A model generated the notes under the pieces. It saw nothing but the letters and a program-made list of their open reading frames with translations. It was not told where the DNA came from and did no database searches. A stretch of DNA of 64,000 nucleotides from contig CM059425.1 of assembly GCA_030390025.1 (NCBI GenBank), forward strand, positions 170,130,001 to 170,194,000, written 5' to 3'. The translations under genes and the position numbers were made by a program. Source of the stretch: Squalus acanthias. Its lineage: Eukaryota. Shown in pieces: positions 23,421-35,956 of the stretch (position 1 is the stretch's first letter; each line of letters opens with the position of its first letter).

Positions 23421-25713
23421 AAATATATTTAACAACTCTGTTTGATTTTTTTCAGTGGAAAGCAATTAGTGTTCCCTAAGGTAACAAGTGGTGTGGCAGG
23501 GAAGGCCATGCTAGAATAATGATGCATGGGCTTTAGATGGAGTGGGTTTGATGGGTTCAGGATTTTCTTCTGTTCTTATTCGTGACAACTGTTCTGTTAA
23601 GTATCACGAGATTTGAGGCACTTTTCCAGTGCTATTCCCAGTGGATACAAAGCTGCAGCACAAATCTACCTGAAATCAACCATAATGTGGCAATTTCACT
23701 TTGGGAGTTTGTCAATCCTCTAGACGTTAAGGATTTCAGAGTGGAATTATGTTAGATTGACATTCAAACGGCAGCTAGAAGTAGCAGTAACCAATGTGGA
23801 CACTTCATTTGTTCCTTTGAGATGCTAGACATAGTCATTGGAAGCTGTAGAAAATGTACACTTTATTTGTTCCCAACACTACGATCACATACCATCTTGA
23901 TACTCTGCAATAACTGTGAGTAACAATGCCAATTGGAATTCAATTTAAATAATTGTAAACTTACACTTACAGACACACAAACACCTATCCGTAAATATAT
24001 CCCCATGTTGGGCTTTGACTTTAATGCTATGTGATGCCCTGAGGCATGCTATAGTCTTATACAAACACATTGATACCAGAGTGAAGGATGACTATACAAT
24101 ACAGAGCAGTCCTACCTGCTGCTTTTCCTTGGACTCCTCCAGTGCTGGGCATTTCTTTCTACTGCAGTCTATGTCCTTCCCTTGTCCTTCTCAATTTTCA
24201 GACTACAAATCAGCACTCTGGTTTCCCATAGGATTGCAGATTTTTCTGGGTGGAAAAGTTCCCCAACACCTTCCCCGTCTTGATGCACACAAAAATTAAA
24301 CAAAGATAAAAGTAAGAAAAAATTTGCCTTGCCTTAACCTATATTGTACAGGAATGGGAGTGCTTAAGTCTGCAAAGGGGAAATAAACATGTTCATTTCC
24401 AACACCCATTAAATTTCATCTAGATAGACACATCAAAGAATATACAAAAATATACTTTATTTTTTAAACAGAATGATGGTTAAGCACTTTAGAGCAGTGC
24501 CCCACAATTACCACAATGAAATTTCCTAACGTACAAGTACAAGCTAGTAAGATCTGTAATGAAGATATTCAACATTTTTCAGCAGAGATCAATTTAAGAA
24601 ATGTGTAGGCTTTGTTCCCACAAACATCTCCACTATTATGTTCCTGGTCTCTGGTCAGTCATGGATCCAGTTCTTGAAGACAAAAAAGCTGTGCATAAAA
24701 GGTGTATTCCTAAAACTAACCAAAACTCAAATGTCTTCATATCAGATGACACCAGGAGGAAAGCTTGTTAATGTGTAGGCTTCTCTTGCTCAACTTGTAT
24801 ATCATTTCTTCTTTCATTGGGGAACTGCAGCTTTATGACCACAAACCCTTTTGGCAGAAATCACAGTATGATTAGCAAACAGCAATTGAAGTGACTTTAT
24901 ACAGAAAACACTGCATGTAAAAGTTGAATTGGTGAAATGTCAATTCAAATCAGTTTAAATAGCTCAAGTAAATAACTTTGGACACATAGCAGGTGTTAAA
25001 CATTTAAGAAGAAGTACGTATGAATGGGATTATTGTCTAGAGTCTGAAACCCTTTCCCTTTCAGTAATCTGAAGGAAAGTGGCCACTCAGTGACACAGCG
25101 ACAAGAGGTCATGGTCTGCCCACGAACCTTGTCTTTAAGATTGAATTACACTGCCGGCTTATGCAACAAAACAAACCTCACAGTCTTTGAAATGTTTTAA
25201 ATATTCAGAGGTGGTTAAATCCTCTCCACATATGTCTCACAGCAGGTTTTAAGATTATTAAAGTAGTTCAACATAAATCTCTTTCATTGAAAGTACACTG
25301 AAATCTGCCCCCTATTGGGCAGCATTTCATTGCATCACACATCAATGAACCCAACAATGCTCTGAACAGATAACCAACCACTGCAACATGGGCAGAGGTT
25401 TTGGAATCAAGGAATTTTCACAGCAGTGAAAGAAAAGGAGGATCAATCGATTTTTTAAAAAGCAATAGCAGTGCCTAAAATGGTAGTTTTTTTTAATTCC
25501 ATGTTTTTACAATCTATTAATCATGGGAAGTCGCACAACACCAGGTTATAGTCCAACAGATTTATTTAATTTTACAAGCTTTCGGAGCAGTTCGCTCCTT
25601 CGTCATGTAAGTTTAGCAGTGAGAGAATCTCCCAGAATTCACAATTTAAACACAGACAAAATATATTCAAATCTTTCCTACATCAAAGAGCATAGCCAAG
25701 ACAATGAGATGCA

Positions 25714-26835
25714 CACGCACAGGACCTCCAACCAACGCTGTACACCAGATACATCGACGACATCTTCTTCCTTTGGACCCACGGCGAAGGATCACTGAAA
25801 GGACTACACGATAGCATCAACAGGTTCCATCCCACCATCAAACTCACCATGGACTACTCCTCAGAATCGGTTTCATTCTTGGACACACGAATCTCCATCA
25901 AAGACGGACGCCTCAGCACTTCACTCTACCGCAAGCCCACGGACAACCTCATGATGCTCCACTTCTCCAGCTTCCACCCTAACCACGTTAAAGAAGCCAT
26001 CCCCTATGGACAAGCCCTGCGAATACACAGGATCTGCTCAGACGAGGAGGAACGCGATGGACACCTACGGACACTGAAAGACGCCCTCGTAAGAACGGGA
26101 TATGACGCTCGACTCATCGATCGACAGTTCCGACGGGCCACAGCGAAAAACCGCATAGACCTCCTCAGAAGACGAACACGGGACACAACCAACAGAGTAC
26201 CCTACGTCATCCAGTACTTCCCCGGAGCGGAAAAACTATGCCATGTTCTTCGCAGCCTTCAACATGTCATCGATGACGACGAACACCTTGCTAAGGCCAT
26301 CCCCACGCCTCCACTACTCGCCTTCAAGCAGCCGCCTAACCTCAAAAGTACCATCGTTCGCAGCAGATTACCCATCTTTCAGGCGAACAGCAACCAAGAC
26401 ACCACACAACCCTGCCATGGCAACCTCTGCAAGACATGCCAAATCATGGACACAGATACCATCATCACACGTGAGGACACTACCCACCAGGTACACGGTA
26501 CATACTCATGTGACTCGGCCAACGTTGTCTACCTGATACGTTGCAGTAAAGGATGCTCCAGAGCATGGTACATCGGCAAGACCATGCAGACACTGAGACA
26601 ACGTATGAACGGACACCGCGCAACAATCGCCAGGCAGGAGGGTTGCCTCCCAGTCGGGGAACACTTCAGCAGCCAGGGGCATTCAGCCTCGGATATGCGG
26701 GTAAGCATTCTCCAAGGCGGCCTTCGAGATACACGACAGCGCAAAATCATAGAGCAGAAACTGATAGCCAAGTTCCGCACTCATGAGGATGGCCTCAATC
26801 GCGATATCGGGTTCATGTCACGATACAGAACGTGA
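25714..26835 (+). CDS. PLE RT C-terminal half plus GIY-YIG endonuclease (5'-truncated, uninterrupted frame)
   Basis: RYIDDIF, FLD, LYRKPT, C..CKTC, NVVYLIRC...YIGKT...RQRMNGH, HF, GLN motifs; frame is open upstream of the annotated 25849 ATG. Confidence 0.93.
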   Translation, partial: HAQDLQPTLYTRYIDDIFFLWTHGEGSLKGLHDSINRFHPTIKLTMDYSSESVSFLDTRISIKDGRLSTSLYRKPTDNLMMLHFSSFHPNHVKEAIPYGQALRIHRICSDEEERDGHLRTLKDALVRTGYDARLIDRQFRRATAKNRIDLLRRRTRDTTNRVPYVIQYFPGAEKLCHVLRSLQHVIDDDEHLAKAIPTPPLLAFKQPPNLKSTIVRSRLPIFQANSNQDTTQPCHGNLCKTCQIMDTDTIITREDTTHQVHGTYSCDSANVVYLIRCSKGCSRAWYIGKTMQTLRQRMNGHRATIARQEGCLPVGEHFSSQGHSASDMRVSILQGGLRDTRQRKIIEQKLIAKFRTHEDGLNRDIGFMSRYRT

Positions 26836-27058
26836 CTTGACATCATGGCCGGTCTTCCCAGGTGTTTTTTTTTTTAAAAAGGCTAACACAAGAACCTACA
26901 CAGATTGACAGGATATGCAGCCAGCAGGTGGTTTGACACGTTGGACCCCCTGGGACACATATCATTGTCTTGGCAATGCTCTTTGATGTAGGAAAGATTT
27001 GAATATATTTTGTCTGTGTTTAAATTGTGAATTCTGGGAGATTCTCTCACTGCTAAAC

Positions 27059-27097
27059 TTACCTGACGAAGGAGCGAACTGCTCCGAAAGCTTGTAA
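27059..27097 (+). ncRNA. Minimal type I hammerhead ribozyme in a PLE pLTR
   Basis: TTAC-CTGACGA-A-GGAGC(GAACT)GCTCC-GAAA-GCTT-GTAA: intact core, stem I TTAC/GTAA, 5-bp stem II, palindromic AAGCTT at helix III. Confidence 0.85.
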
Positions 27098-27897
27098 AAT
27101 TAAATAAATCTGTTGGACTATAACCTGGTGTTGTGCGACTTCTCATTTTTGTCCACCCCAGTCCAACGCCGGCATCTCCACATATTAATCATGGGTTATG
27201 GCTGATAATATGGATTGAAGTGCAGTGGATTTCAGTTTTATTACTTTGTGCTTTCGTTTTTGCTAACTTCCTTTAAAAGTAGATCACTGTTTCTTTTCTA
27301 CCGTAAGTTGTCATTTTTAATTATCTATTTCTACCTGCTGTTACTTCTTTATATAAAATGTCCATCTAGATACTTCATAATCATTTACTGGTCATACCAA
27401 TGAATGGGGTCGCACTAGTCAGAGCTATCAAGTTGCCCACAAATCTGCACTAGCTGTCACTGCAAACAGTGTCTGATCTACAATAATTTTACTGCTTAGC
27501 ATGCATTTTCAATAATTCTCTGAGGAAAACACCATTAGCAAGTGAAACTCTGCAGTTGTCACTTTGTGGGCTGGCAAACATGTCCTTATCACAATGCAAC
27601 AAGAATTCAAGGTTGTACATTTTGGTATTTGCTCATTTTAACTTTGTTTTAATTTCCTTTAGTTATTTTTAAATAAGGTATAATTTTCTCCCTTGACTGA
27701 TAACATTTTCAGAAAATACTAATATAATAACATAAGAGGTTTATAAATATTAGGAAAAAAGGAATAAATTAATCCATAAGGATGAATATTAGGGTTGAAG
27801 CCTGAATTCTGAATTTGAAACATAGAAGCTGTGCAAAAGGCTATCATATATGATTAGGATCACAGCAGCAAAGATAGATGCTATTTTTAGTCACTTT

Positions 27898-29630
27898 GGC
27901 TGCAATTTCCCCTACCTCGGCGGGTCCGGTGCGGCCGGGGTCGGTGGCGGGTTGTGACCCCGCTGCCGGCTCCAGCCCGCTGTCCAAAGTGATCTTACGC
28001 TGATTGGGCTTGTTAAGCCTACCCAGCACATTTCCCGGCCAATTGAAGGAAGCGGGTCTGATGACGTCACTTGATGACGCATCATCAGCCGGTTTCCTTA
28101 AAGGGACTATGCACAAATTGATTTTGACATTTGTGCTGTCAGTGTTCTACAGCATTGAGGTGCTGCAAACACTGAAAAGCATTGCACAGAGGTGCACGGC
28201 TGCACCCAGGCTCTCCCATCACTCCCTCCATATGCTTATGGAGGGAGTCATAGCACGCAGGGAGGTTCTCTTCCCTTCCCATGGGCGGAAGAGACCTCCC
28301 CAGGAGATCAACGCAGCCTGGTTGCACATTGCACAGGAGGGCACAAGCAGGGATGTTGTTAGGAGGATCAGGCTGCAGTGGCGCAAATCTTTCAATGATC
28401 TCAGTAGATCATAAAACGTTACTGCAAAGCCACACTCAGCCACATCCTGCTGTGCCACTCATCACATCCCCATCACTCTGCCTTCCCTACCCTACTCCTG
28501 CACATCCTTACTCTCACCAACTTACCTTGCACCTCCACCCATCCCTCTCTATTTACATTATCACTTCCCCATCTCAACAGCCACCCCTCACACTCACCCT
28601 CATCCTAGTCCAATCATACCAAGTAACAACACACCAGGGTGTTTTAGCCAATGTTCATGTGAAGTTTCTGTTAATGTGGTGTCAAACATTGAAATCTTTA
28701 TTTTCACCACTTTGCGTTCTTGGACAGATCTGTGTGCACCTTTGGAATTGGCTTAGTGGGCTGCAGTGAATGGTGAGACATAACGGTACTGCTCACAATG
28801 GTCATGAGTGTGAAAGGAATGGCTTGGGCATTGTAGGGATGCTTTATGGTGTTGGTGTGGGGTGGTGCCAAGTGAATTAAATCTGGCTATGGTGAGGCCA
28901 TCCCTGGCCTCCTGGGCAGCAATGTGGTTGGGTGCTGATGCCCTCTGTCCTGTGCAGCATTAGTTGATTGCGGAGAAGGTTGGTGTTGTTGTTGGTGTTG
29001 CTGGTATGCCTGATGCTGCTGGTGTTGGGGCTGATCGTGGTGGGATTCTGAGGACCAAGGTGAGATTTTTTCAAGGGCACCGATGCTGATGTAATAGATG
29101 GCAGGTGAACTTGAGATAACAGAAGCGATCTGTCAATGGTGAGAGATGTTGTTCCAATGAGGTGACACTGGATAGAGAGTTTACTCGAAACACTTGCAAC
29201 CTGCATAAAGCTCAATCTGTCTGCCAAATGCAGTAAGCAACAGCTTCTGACCTTGGAAAGTGAGCAGCTATGAGATGGGAGCTTTTATAGACCATTTGCA
29301 GCTGTCAAGTTAAAAAATGATCCCATGGTGACACAGCTTCCAACCTGCTTACCTGACGTGATCCGCGAGCAGCATGGAACCCATGAGCGAACTCTTAAAA
29401 TTTAAAGGTGAGCTTAAAATAGTTTTTAAGTGCCTGTTAACAAGCTCTTAATCATCTAAATTGCCTCCACCGCCACTTGGAGTCGGGTCTGTTCAGTGAT
29501 GACAGACCCGACATCTGGGAAACTAACATGATGGTGGGTTGACAGCGGGTTCCCTACCCGCTGTCAAAAAAAAATTTTGCACCCGACCTGCCACCAAACG
29601 TGCCCGCTGACCCCCCGAAAAATTCTCCCC
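27898..29630 (+). mobile_element. Non-autonomous Harbinger, ~1.75-kb family, copy 1 (Myb exon 1 relic plus transposase C-terminal relic)
   Basis: Degenerate TIRs, TSD TTT; RREVLFP...AWLHIA...QWRKSFNDL Myb domain; homologous to 53510-55265 and 62637-64000. Confidence 0.85.
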
Positions 29631-30161
29631 TTTATCTTAAAAGGTAGAGGGACCTGTTAATGTCATGGAGAGGGCCATTGTGATGTGTATGCACCCATCC
29701 AATGCTGGCATTCAAGTGGGAAGCAGGGCTTGTGATCTGTTGACAGTGATGGATATATCTGATCCCTTCTAGTTTAGAGGAAAGATGGTCAAATAGACTC
29801 AACTTTCCTTCTGACCCAGAATGTACGGATCTATCCCCCAACCAAACTCATAACTAAAACTGTTGTATTAGCAATTAAAAGTAAAGAAGTCAATCTTGTC
29901 ATTTCACCTACATGAGTAAGGACTGCTGGCACTTCAGTTTGGGTATTGGGCCTTGGAATTGGAAATCTAATACCTTGGACACACTGAAACTAAATTTTGA
30001 ATTTACTCCAAATTTTCTTCCTAATGAGCATTTAGATAGGTAAGCTAGACTCTCCCTTTTTCAAATTATCCAAATCCAAAATTTGGAAAAGAAAATGGAA
30101 TAATGGTCCCTGAGAAAAGTTGTGGAGAAGACAGCTACCTTTGATTTTCAGTGAAGCAAAT

Positions 30162-30933
30162 GGGCCGGATATTGCGGTAGAAATAACGGTGAGGCTAACA
30201 GCACTCACCGTTATTAAAGAGTAAATCGGACAGCAACTTCCGGTGACCACACATGCGCAGTTAAATGTGGAAATCAGGAAGTTGCTGTCTGAGTTGCCCT
30301 GCTCCTCCAAAAGCTGCTTTATAATGCTATCTTGCCGAGAGACCCACCATTGAAATACATGGAATGACATGATGTTTCTGTACTTACCTGATATATACAA
30401 ACTAAACTCACCAGGAAAAGTTAGGCTTTGTCCATTCCAATGTAAGTCATTTTTAACAGCGTGTTAAGTCTTAATTACTGCCAAACAATCTCTCTGGCAC
30501 TGAAAATTAACTTTTACAAGTGTGGAGTCTCATTCCTTCAGATTTTAATTATTATTGGAGATTTAAAAAAATAATTTTATTTACTTTTTCTTTCTGTCTC
30601 CTTTATCTCTTTCTCTTAATCCAATCTTTCTTTCCCTCTCTTTATTCTGCTTTCTGTACCTGATTTGATATTGAATTAACTATGCTAACTGATACTTCCT
30701 GGTTCAGACTGCACTGTTCATTAACAATTCTTCAATCTGATTGGTTAAGGAGATACACAGTTGCTTGCCCTGTTCACACAGGTCCCAGAATCCCTGTAGA
30801 GGGCACTGTGCTTGTTGGCTCTCTAATTTACAGTAAGTTCCAGTGCAAAAATCCCATAGAAAGTCTGTAGGCAAGTGCGAGTGTAATGAACGGCTGGAGC
30901 TGTTTGTTTGCCGTTGAGAGCAAAACCCGGCCC
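30162..30933. mobile_element. Non-autonomous Harbinger-like element
   Basis: TIRs GGGCCGGATATTGC and GCAAAACCCGGCCC; flanks AAT / ATT. Confidence 0.65.
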
Positions 30934-31424
30934 ATTGTCTCAGGTGCATAGTTCTCTTTAACTGGCAGGAAAGTGGACACATGGGATGCATAATTTCGAT
31001 AACCACCATTAATTTGCAACTAGCTAAGGATGCTGAGAAAGCCTTGCAATTTGTACAGTGAGGGTACCTAACTGTTACTTTTGAGAAATTTGCATTGTGT
31101 TCCAATTTCATAAGTTGGGTGAAAAAATTTAGCTCAGGAATCTATAAAGTAAGCAGACATGAGTAAAGCATGTCCTAAAAGAACAGTTCCACTTCAATCT
31201 GTCTAATGCCCACCAATGGCCATTTAAGTCTCAGCTATGCCAATAGAGGGAAACATGTTGAAAATGTCTATAAGATACCCGAGCCATATAGGAAATGCCC
31301 AGGAAACCTCCAAGAAATAGATGAGGCTGCGGTAAAGACTGTTGGAGCTTCATATACTTTGGAATTACACCTGGAGACAGGAGGTTAGCAGATGCTATTC
31401 TGATATTCAGAAATGAGAGAGATG

Positions 31425-32320
31425 TGAATCTGCAAATTATAGATCAGTTAATCTAACATCAGTATTGGAGAAATTGCTTGAGAGCATTATGAGATGCTCT
31501 CAGTAATCATCAAAAGAGCACAAATGCCATAAAGAGTAGTCAGCATGGATTTAGAAGCAATAGGTTATCCCTCACTAATCTGATGGAATTCCTTGAGATG
31601 GTAATTAAACTAGTTAATGAGGGATATCCAGTGGCAAAACAATTACTTGGATTTTTAAAAGATGTTTGATGACGTCCCTGTGTGAGATTTTAAAGAAGGT
31701 TAAGGCTCAAGGAATTAATACCAAATTAAAAAGCAGTTTTAGAAAACTAGTTTGGCATTATGAAGCAAAATAGAAATGGAAAAAAAACTCTGCTCAGGTG
31801 GGGGTGGGGAAGAGCCAGTGACTAATAAAGTCTTGAAGGGCTCTGTTCTGCATATCCTACTATTCATCAAAAATTAGCGAGAGAATTATTTTTAAGCTAT
31901 AAGATTTTCTGATGATATACTAAGTAATTGTCAAAATATAAGGTAGTTAAATAGTATTCAAAGAGACCAGGGCCAATGAGTTAAGGGAATAGCAGATGGA
32001 TTTCAATATACTGTAGCTATGAATGTAAGATATATATATTTAGTGGGAACAGGATAAAAATAAACAAACAGGTAGACGGATTTAAAAAGGAAAGGGATTT
32101 GATTATAATTACTGTTCACTGAAAGTTTCCAGTCAATCTTTAGCTATCATCAACAAAACTAATCAAATGCTAGGATACAACTCAAAGTTACTTGACAACA
32201 AAATCAAAACAAATTATTCTAACCTTGTAGAGATCACTGCTGATGGCACATTTTAAACACTGCACTCAACTTTGGTTACCTACTTTTGAAAGGAGATTGA
32301 TGTATTAAGAAACTTGAAGT
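31425..32320 (+). mobile_element. Old degenerate CR1 RT relic
   Basis: NYRSVNLTSVLEKLLESI and SSQHGF...LTNLMEF segments. Confidence 0.65.
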
Positions 32321-32629
32321 GCAATTTGAGATTAGAAGTGGACTTGCGAGGAACGATAATGCGGTCCCAGACAAACGGCACCAGGAGTGCTGCTCCGCAG
32401 GCAATGAATGTACTGGTAGTGCAGACAGATCACATCACCAGATAATGTGAGGTCAGCCAATTTACATTTCGGTGTAACACACGGTACACAGACCCCACAA
32501 GGATCTTGAGCAGCAGCTCTTAAAGGTCTGTTTCTTACTCTTAAAGCTGTCCTACTACTAAACAGATGCTGAAATGGTTGAAAAAAGACAAGACAACAGA
32601 ACAGCTTCATTTAATAAAGGTGCTTTAAT

Positions 32630-33606
32630 CATAGTGCTGTAGGAGCTCCTTTTCAGAGTAGTGGACAATCCTCCAGTGAAGGACACTGTCAAAGGTAAAT
32701 GGATGGAAGTGAAAGAAAGGTGTCCACATCATCTGGGAGCGGGTCAGAAAGAAATTTGATGGCCTCAGGAAAGTTGCCAAGGTGAGTGCTGCTTCCATTT
32801 TGCTTTCTTTCAAAATATTGCCATATACTGCATCTTGCCAGCACCTCGCTGTTAGATTGTTATTGTAACACAGATGGACAATGAATAGCACTCTGGCAAC
32901 TGCTCATGTACTTTCCATGTATTGTCCTGGCCAATATTTATCCCTCAACCAACATCACTAAAATAAAGATTATCTGGTCATTATCTCATTACTGTTTCTG
33001 GGACCTTGCTGTGTGCAAATTGGCTGCTGCATTTCCTATATTACAACAGTGACTACACTTCAAAAAGTACTTTATTGACTGTAATGTGCTTTGGGACGTC
33101 ATAAGGTAGTGAAAGACGTTATATCAATTAAAGTCTTTCTTTCTTCTTTCATTCAAATGCACGGGTATGCCATTTTTTTCTGAATCTATATTGTTGGTGG
33201 GCCATTAAATGTGGCAACTCAAAAATACCAAGCATGCTACCTACACCACTTACCTGCATGCTGCATATTGACATGCTCACATAAGATGGTTGCTGCTCTG
33301 GGCACTAGGGTCACAGATACTTTTTGTCAGAGTCCTGATTCCAACATATGTCTCTGTTCCAATTGTTTGCAGGATGAGACCACACATAACCAGTGCCAAA
33401 AAATGGAGAGTGGAGGGGGGGTCCCATTAAACTGAAGTTTCTTAGAAAGAGAGAGCTCTGCAAATTCTGGGCATGGAGGTAATAGAGTGAGTGGAGGAGG
33501 GAGAGGTCAAAGGCCTCCCCCAAGTTCATGGTTAGTATCATCCTTTGCTCTTCATGCTTTCTCTCCTTACAGATCTAAATTTCAGCACTGTAGCCTAAAC
33601 AAGTAC
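32630..33606 (+). pseudogene. Decayed three-exon Harbinger Myb/SANT gene; exon 3 probably resumes at ~40045
   Basis: RKKFDGLRKVAK then GTGAGT donor (~32782); acceptor TTTGCAG then DETTHNQCQKMESGGG (compare AKLAHNRRQQQRTGGG); acceptor CTCTCCTTACAG at ~33571. Confidence 0.6.
32905..33150 (+). mobile_element. DeuSINE (SacSINE1-like) 3' half
   Basis: Reverse-complement homology to 60870-61095. Confidence 0.75.
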
Positions 33607-34670
33607 AGACTTATTTTATTCTATTCCGTTCTCCCAGTTTCTCCATCACATCTGTTCTGACAAAGCAAACTTCCATACTAGTGCTTCCAATATGCCCTCC
33701 TTTTTCCTCAACCGAGGATTCCCCTCTACCATGGTTGACATGGCCCTCGACCGTGTCCGCTCCATTTCCCGCACTTCTGCTCTCACCCCTTACACACCCT
33801 CCCAGAACCATGATAGGGTTCCCCTTGTCCTCACCTTTCACCCCACCAGCCTCCACATTCAACGGATCATCCTCCATCATTTCCGCCACCTCCAGCGTGA
33901 TCCCACCACCAAACACATCTTCCCCTCACCTCCCCTTTCACCGTTCCCTCTGCGAAACCCTGGTCCACTCCTCAATCACCCCCAATACCCCCTCCCCTTC
34001 CCATGGCACCTTCCCACGCAAACGCAGGAGATGCAACACCTGCACTTTTACCTCCTCCCTTGCCACTGTCCAGGGCCCCAAACACTCCTTCCAGTTGAAA
34101 CAGCGATTTACTTGTACTTCTTGCAATTTAGTATACAATGGGGGGATCAAATGCAGATTGGATGACCACTTTGTGGAACACCTCCATTCAGCCTGCAAGC
34201 GTGACCTCGAGCTTCTGGTCGCCTGTCACTTTAATTCTCCGCTCCACTCCCACTCTGACCTCTCTGTCCTCGGCCTCTTACACTGTTCCAATGAAGCTCA
34301 ACATAAGTTCGAGGAACAGCGCCTCATCACAAAGGATTACATAGGATTACATAGGATATACGGCACAGACACAGGCCATTCGGCAAAACCAGTCAATGCC
34401 GCTGTTTGTGCTCCACTCGAGCTTCCTCCCATCTTTCCTCATCTAACTCTAACAGCATAACCCTCTATTCCCTTTTCCCTCATATGCTTGTCTAGCCTTC
34501 CCTTAAATGCATCTATACTATTTGCCTCAACTACTCCCTGTGGTAACGAGTTCCACATTCTCACCACTTTCTGGGTAAAGAAGTTTCTTCTGAATTCCCT
34601 ATTGGATTTCTTGGTGACTATCTTATATTGATGGCCTTTAGTTATGCTCTTCCCCACAAGTGGAAACATT

Positions 34671-35516
34671 GGGCTGGATTTTCCAAGCCCCGAGGAGGCG
34701 GGTATGGAGGTGGTACAGCCGGTAAATTCGGAGAAAGTGGGGGCGGATGGCAAACCCGCTCCCATCCCGCCTCCGTGCCCTTTTGCCAGGAGGCGGGAAG
34801 ATGTGCCGCTTCAGGTCCCGCCTCCTGGAGGCGGGAAAGGCATTTAATCCTTTTAACAGCCTGTTAACAGGTAGTTAACAGGCAGAAAAAAGGATTAGTG
34901 CCATTTTACCTTCACAGGTGAAGGCTTCCCGACCTCGGAGAATCCCGCTGGGTTGGAAGAGATGTGGAGGAGGTCTGCGGCGGTCGGAGGCACCTGGAAG
35001 TAAGATGTAGAAGTGAGTGATGGGTGCAAGTGTGGAGTGGTAAGTATGCAAGGTGAGTGATAAGTTTTAAAAAGTGTTCACTTACCTTGTTTTCTTCCTA
35101 CAGCTTTCAACCGCGGTGGATTGGGAGAGCCGATATCCTCCTTGTCAATTTCACAGACTGGCTGTTGGAACCTCCGATCCAACAGCCATGTGAAATTTAC
35201 AAATTTGAAAGGTTTGATGAGTCCTGAACACTAGGTCTCATCAAACTAAAGAGAATGTCAGTGTTTGACAGCTTCACAGAGCTGTCAAACGCTGACATTT
35301 CTTCTTTCAAGAAGTCTTGACAGCTAGCACATCTGACGTTAACGTGCTCTGTCAGTGACTTTCACCCGAATTGGACTGCTGAGCCTGCAGGGCAGGCTTA
35401 ACAAGGTCAATCAGGGGAAAATCCCTTTGGTTGGTCAGGCGAGGATGGAGGCAGGACATTGACACGACAAGCAGCAGTCACGCCTCCAACTCGCCTCCAT
35501 TCACAAAACCAAGCCC
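34671..35516. mobile_element. 846-bp non-autonomous Harbinger with an internal multi-hairpin cassette
   Basis: TIRs GGGCTGGATTTT and AAAACCAAGCCC; TSD ATT; removing it restores the CR1. Confidence 0.88.
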
Positions 35517-35956
35517 ATTCTCTCTGTATCCACTCTATCAAAACCTTTCCTAATTTTAAAGACCTCTATTAGGTCACCCCTCGGCCTTCTCTTTTCAAGA
35601 GAAAAGTGACCCAGCCTGTTTATCTTTTCCTGATAGGTATAACCTCGCATTTCTGGTATCATCCTTTAAATCTTCTCTGCACCCTCTCCAATGCCTCTAT
35701 ATCCTTTCTATAATATGGCAACCAGAATTGTATGCAGTACTCCAAGTGTGTTCTAACCAAGGTTCGATACAAGTTTAGCATAACTTCACTACTTTTCAAT
35801 TCTATCCATCTAGAAATAAACCCTAGTGCTTGGTTTGCTTTTTTTATGGTCTTGTTAACCTGTGTCGCTACGTTTAGCGATTTGTGTATTTGTACTCCGA
35901 GATCCCTTTGTTCCTCTACCCCACCTAGACTCGCACCCTCCAAGTAATAAGTGACC

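Larger units (their letters stand above)
25528..27182 (+). mobile_element. Penelope-like element (family A): inverted partial pLTR, 5'-truncated RT-GIY-YIG ORF, pLTR with tail
   Basis: 25528-25711 is the inverted copy of ~26960-27141; TSD TATTAATCATGGG (25515-25527 and 27183-27195). Confidence 0.95.

Noticed and set aside
24113..24282. Possible minus-strand host exon ending CAG|GTAGGA
   Set aside because: Stops in all three frames and no recognisable protein; a non-coding exon cannot be excluded
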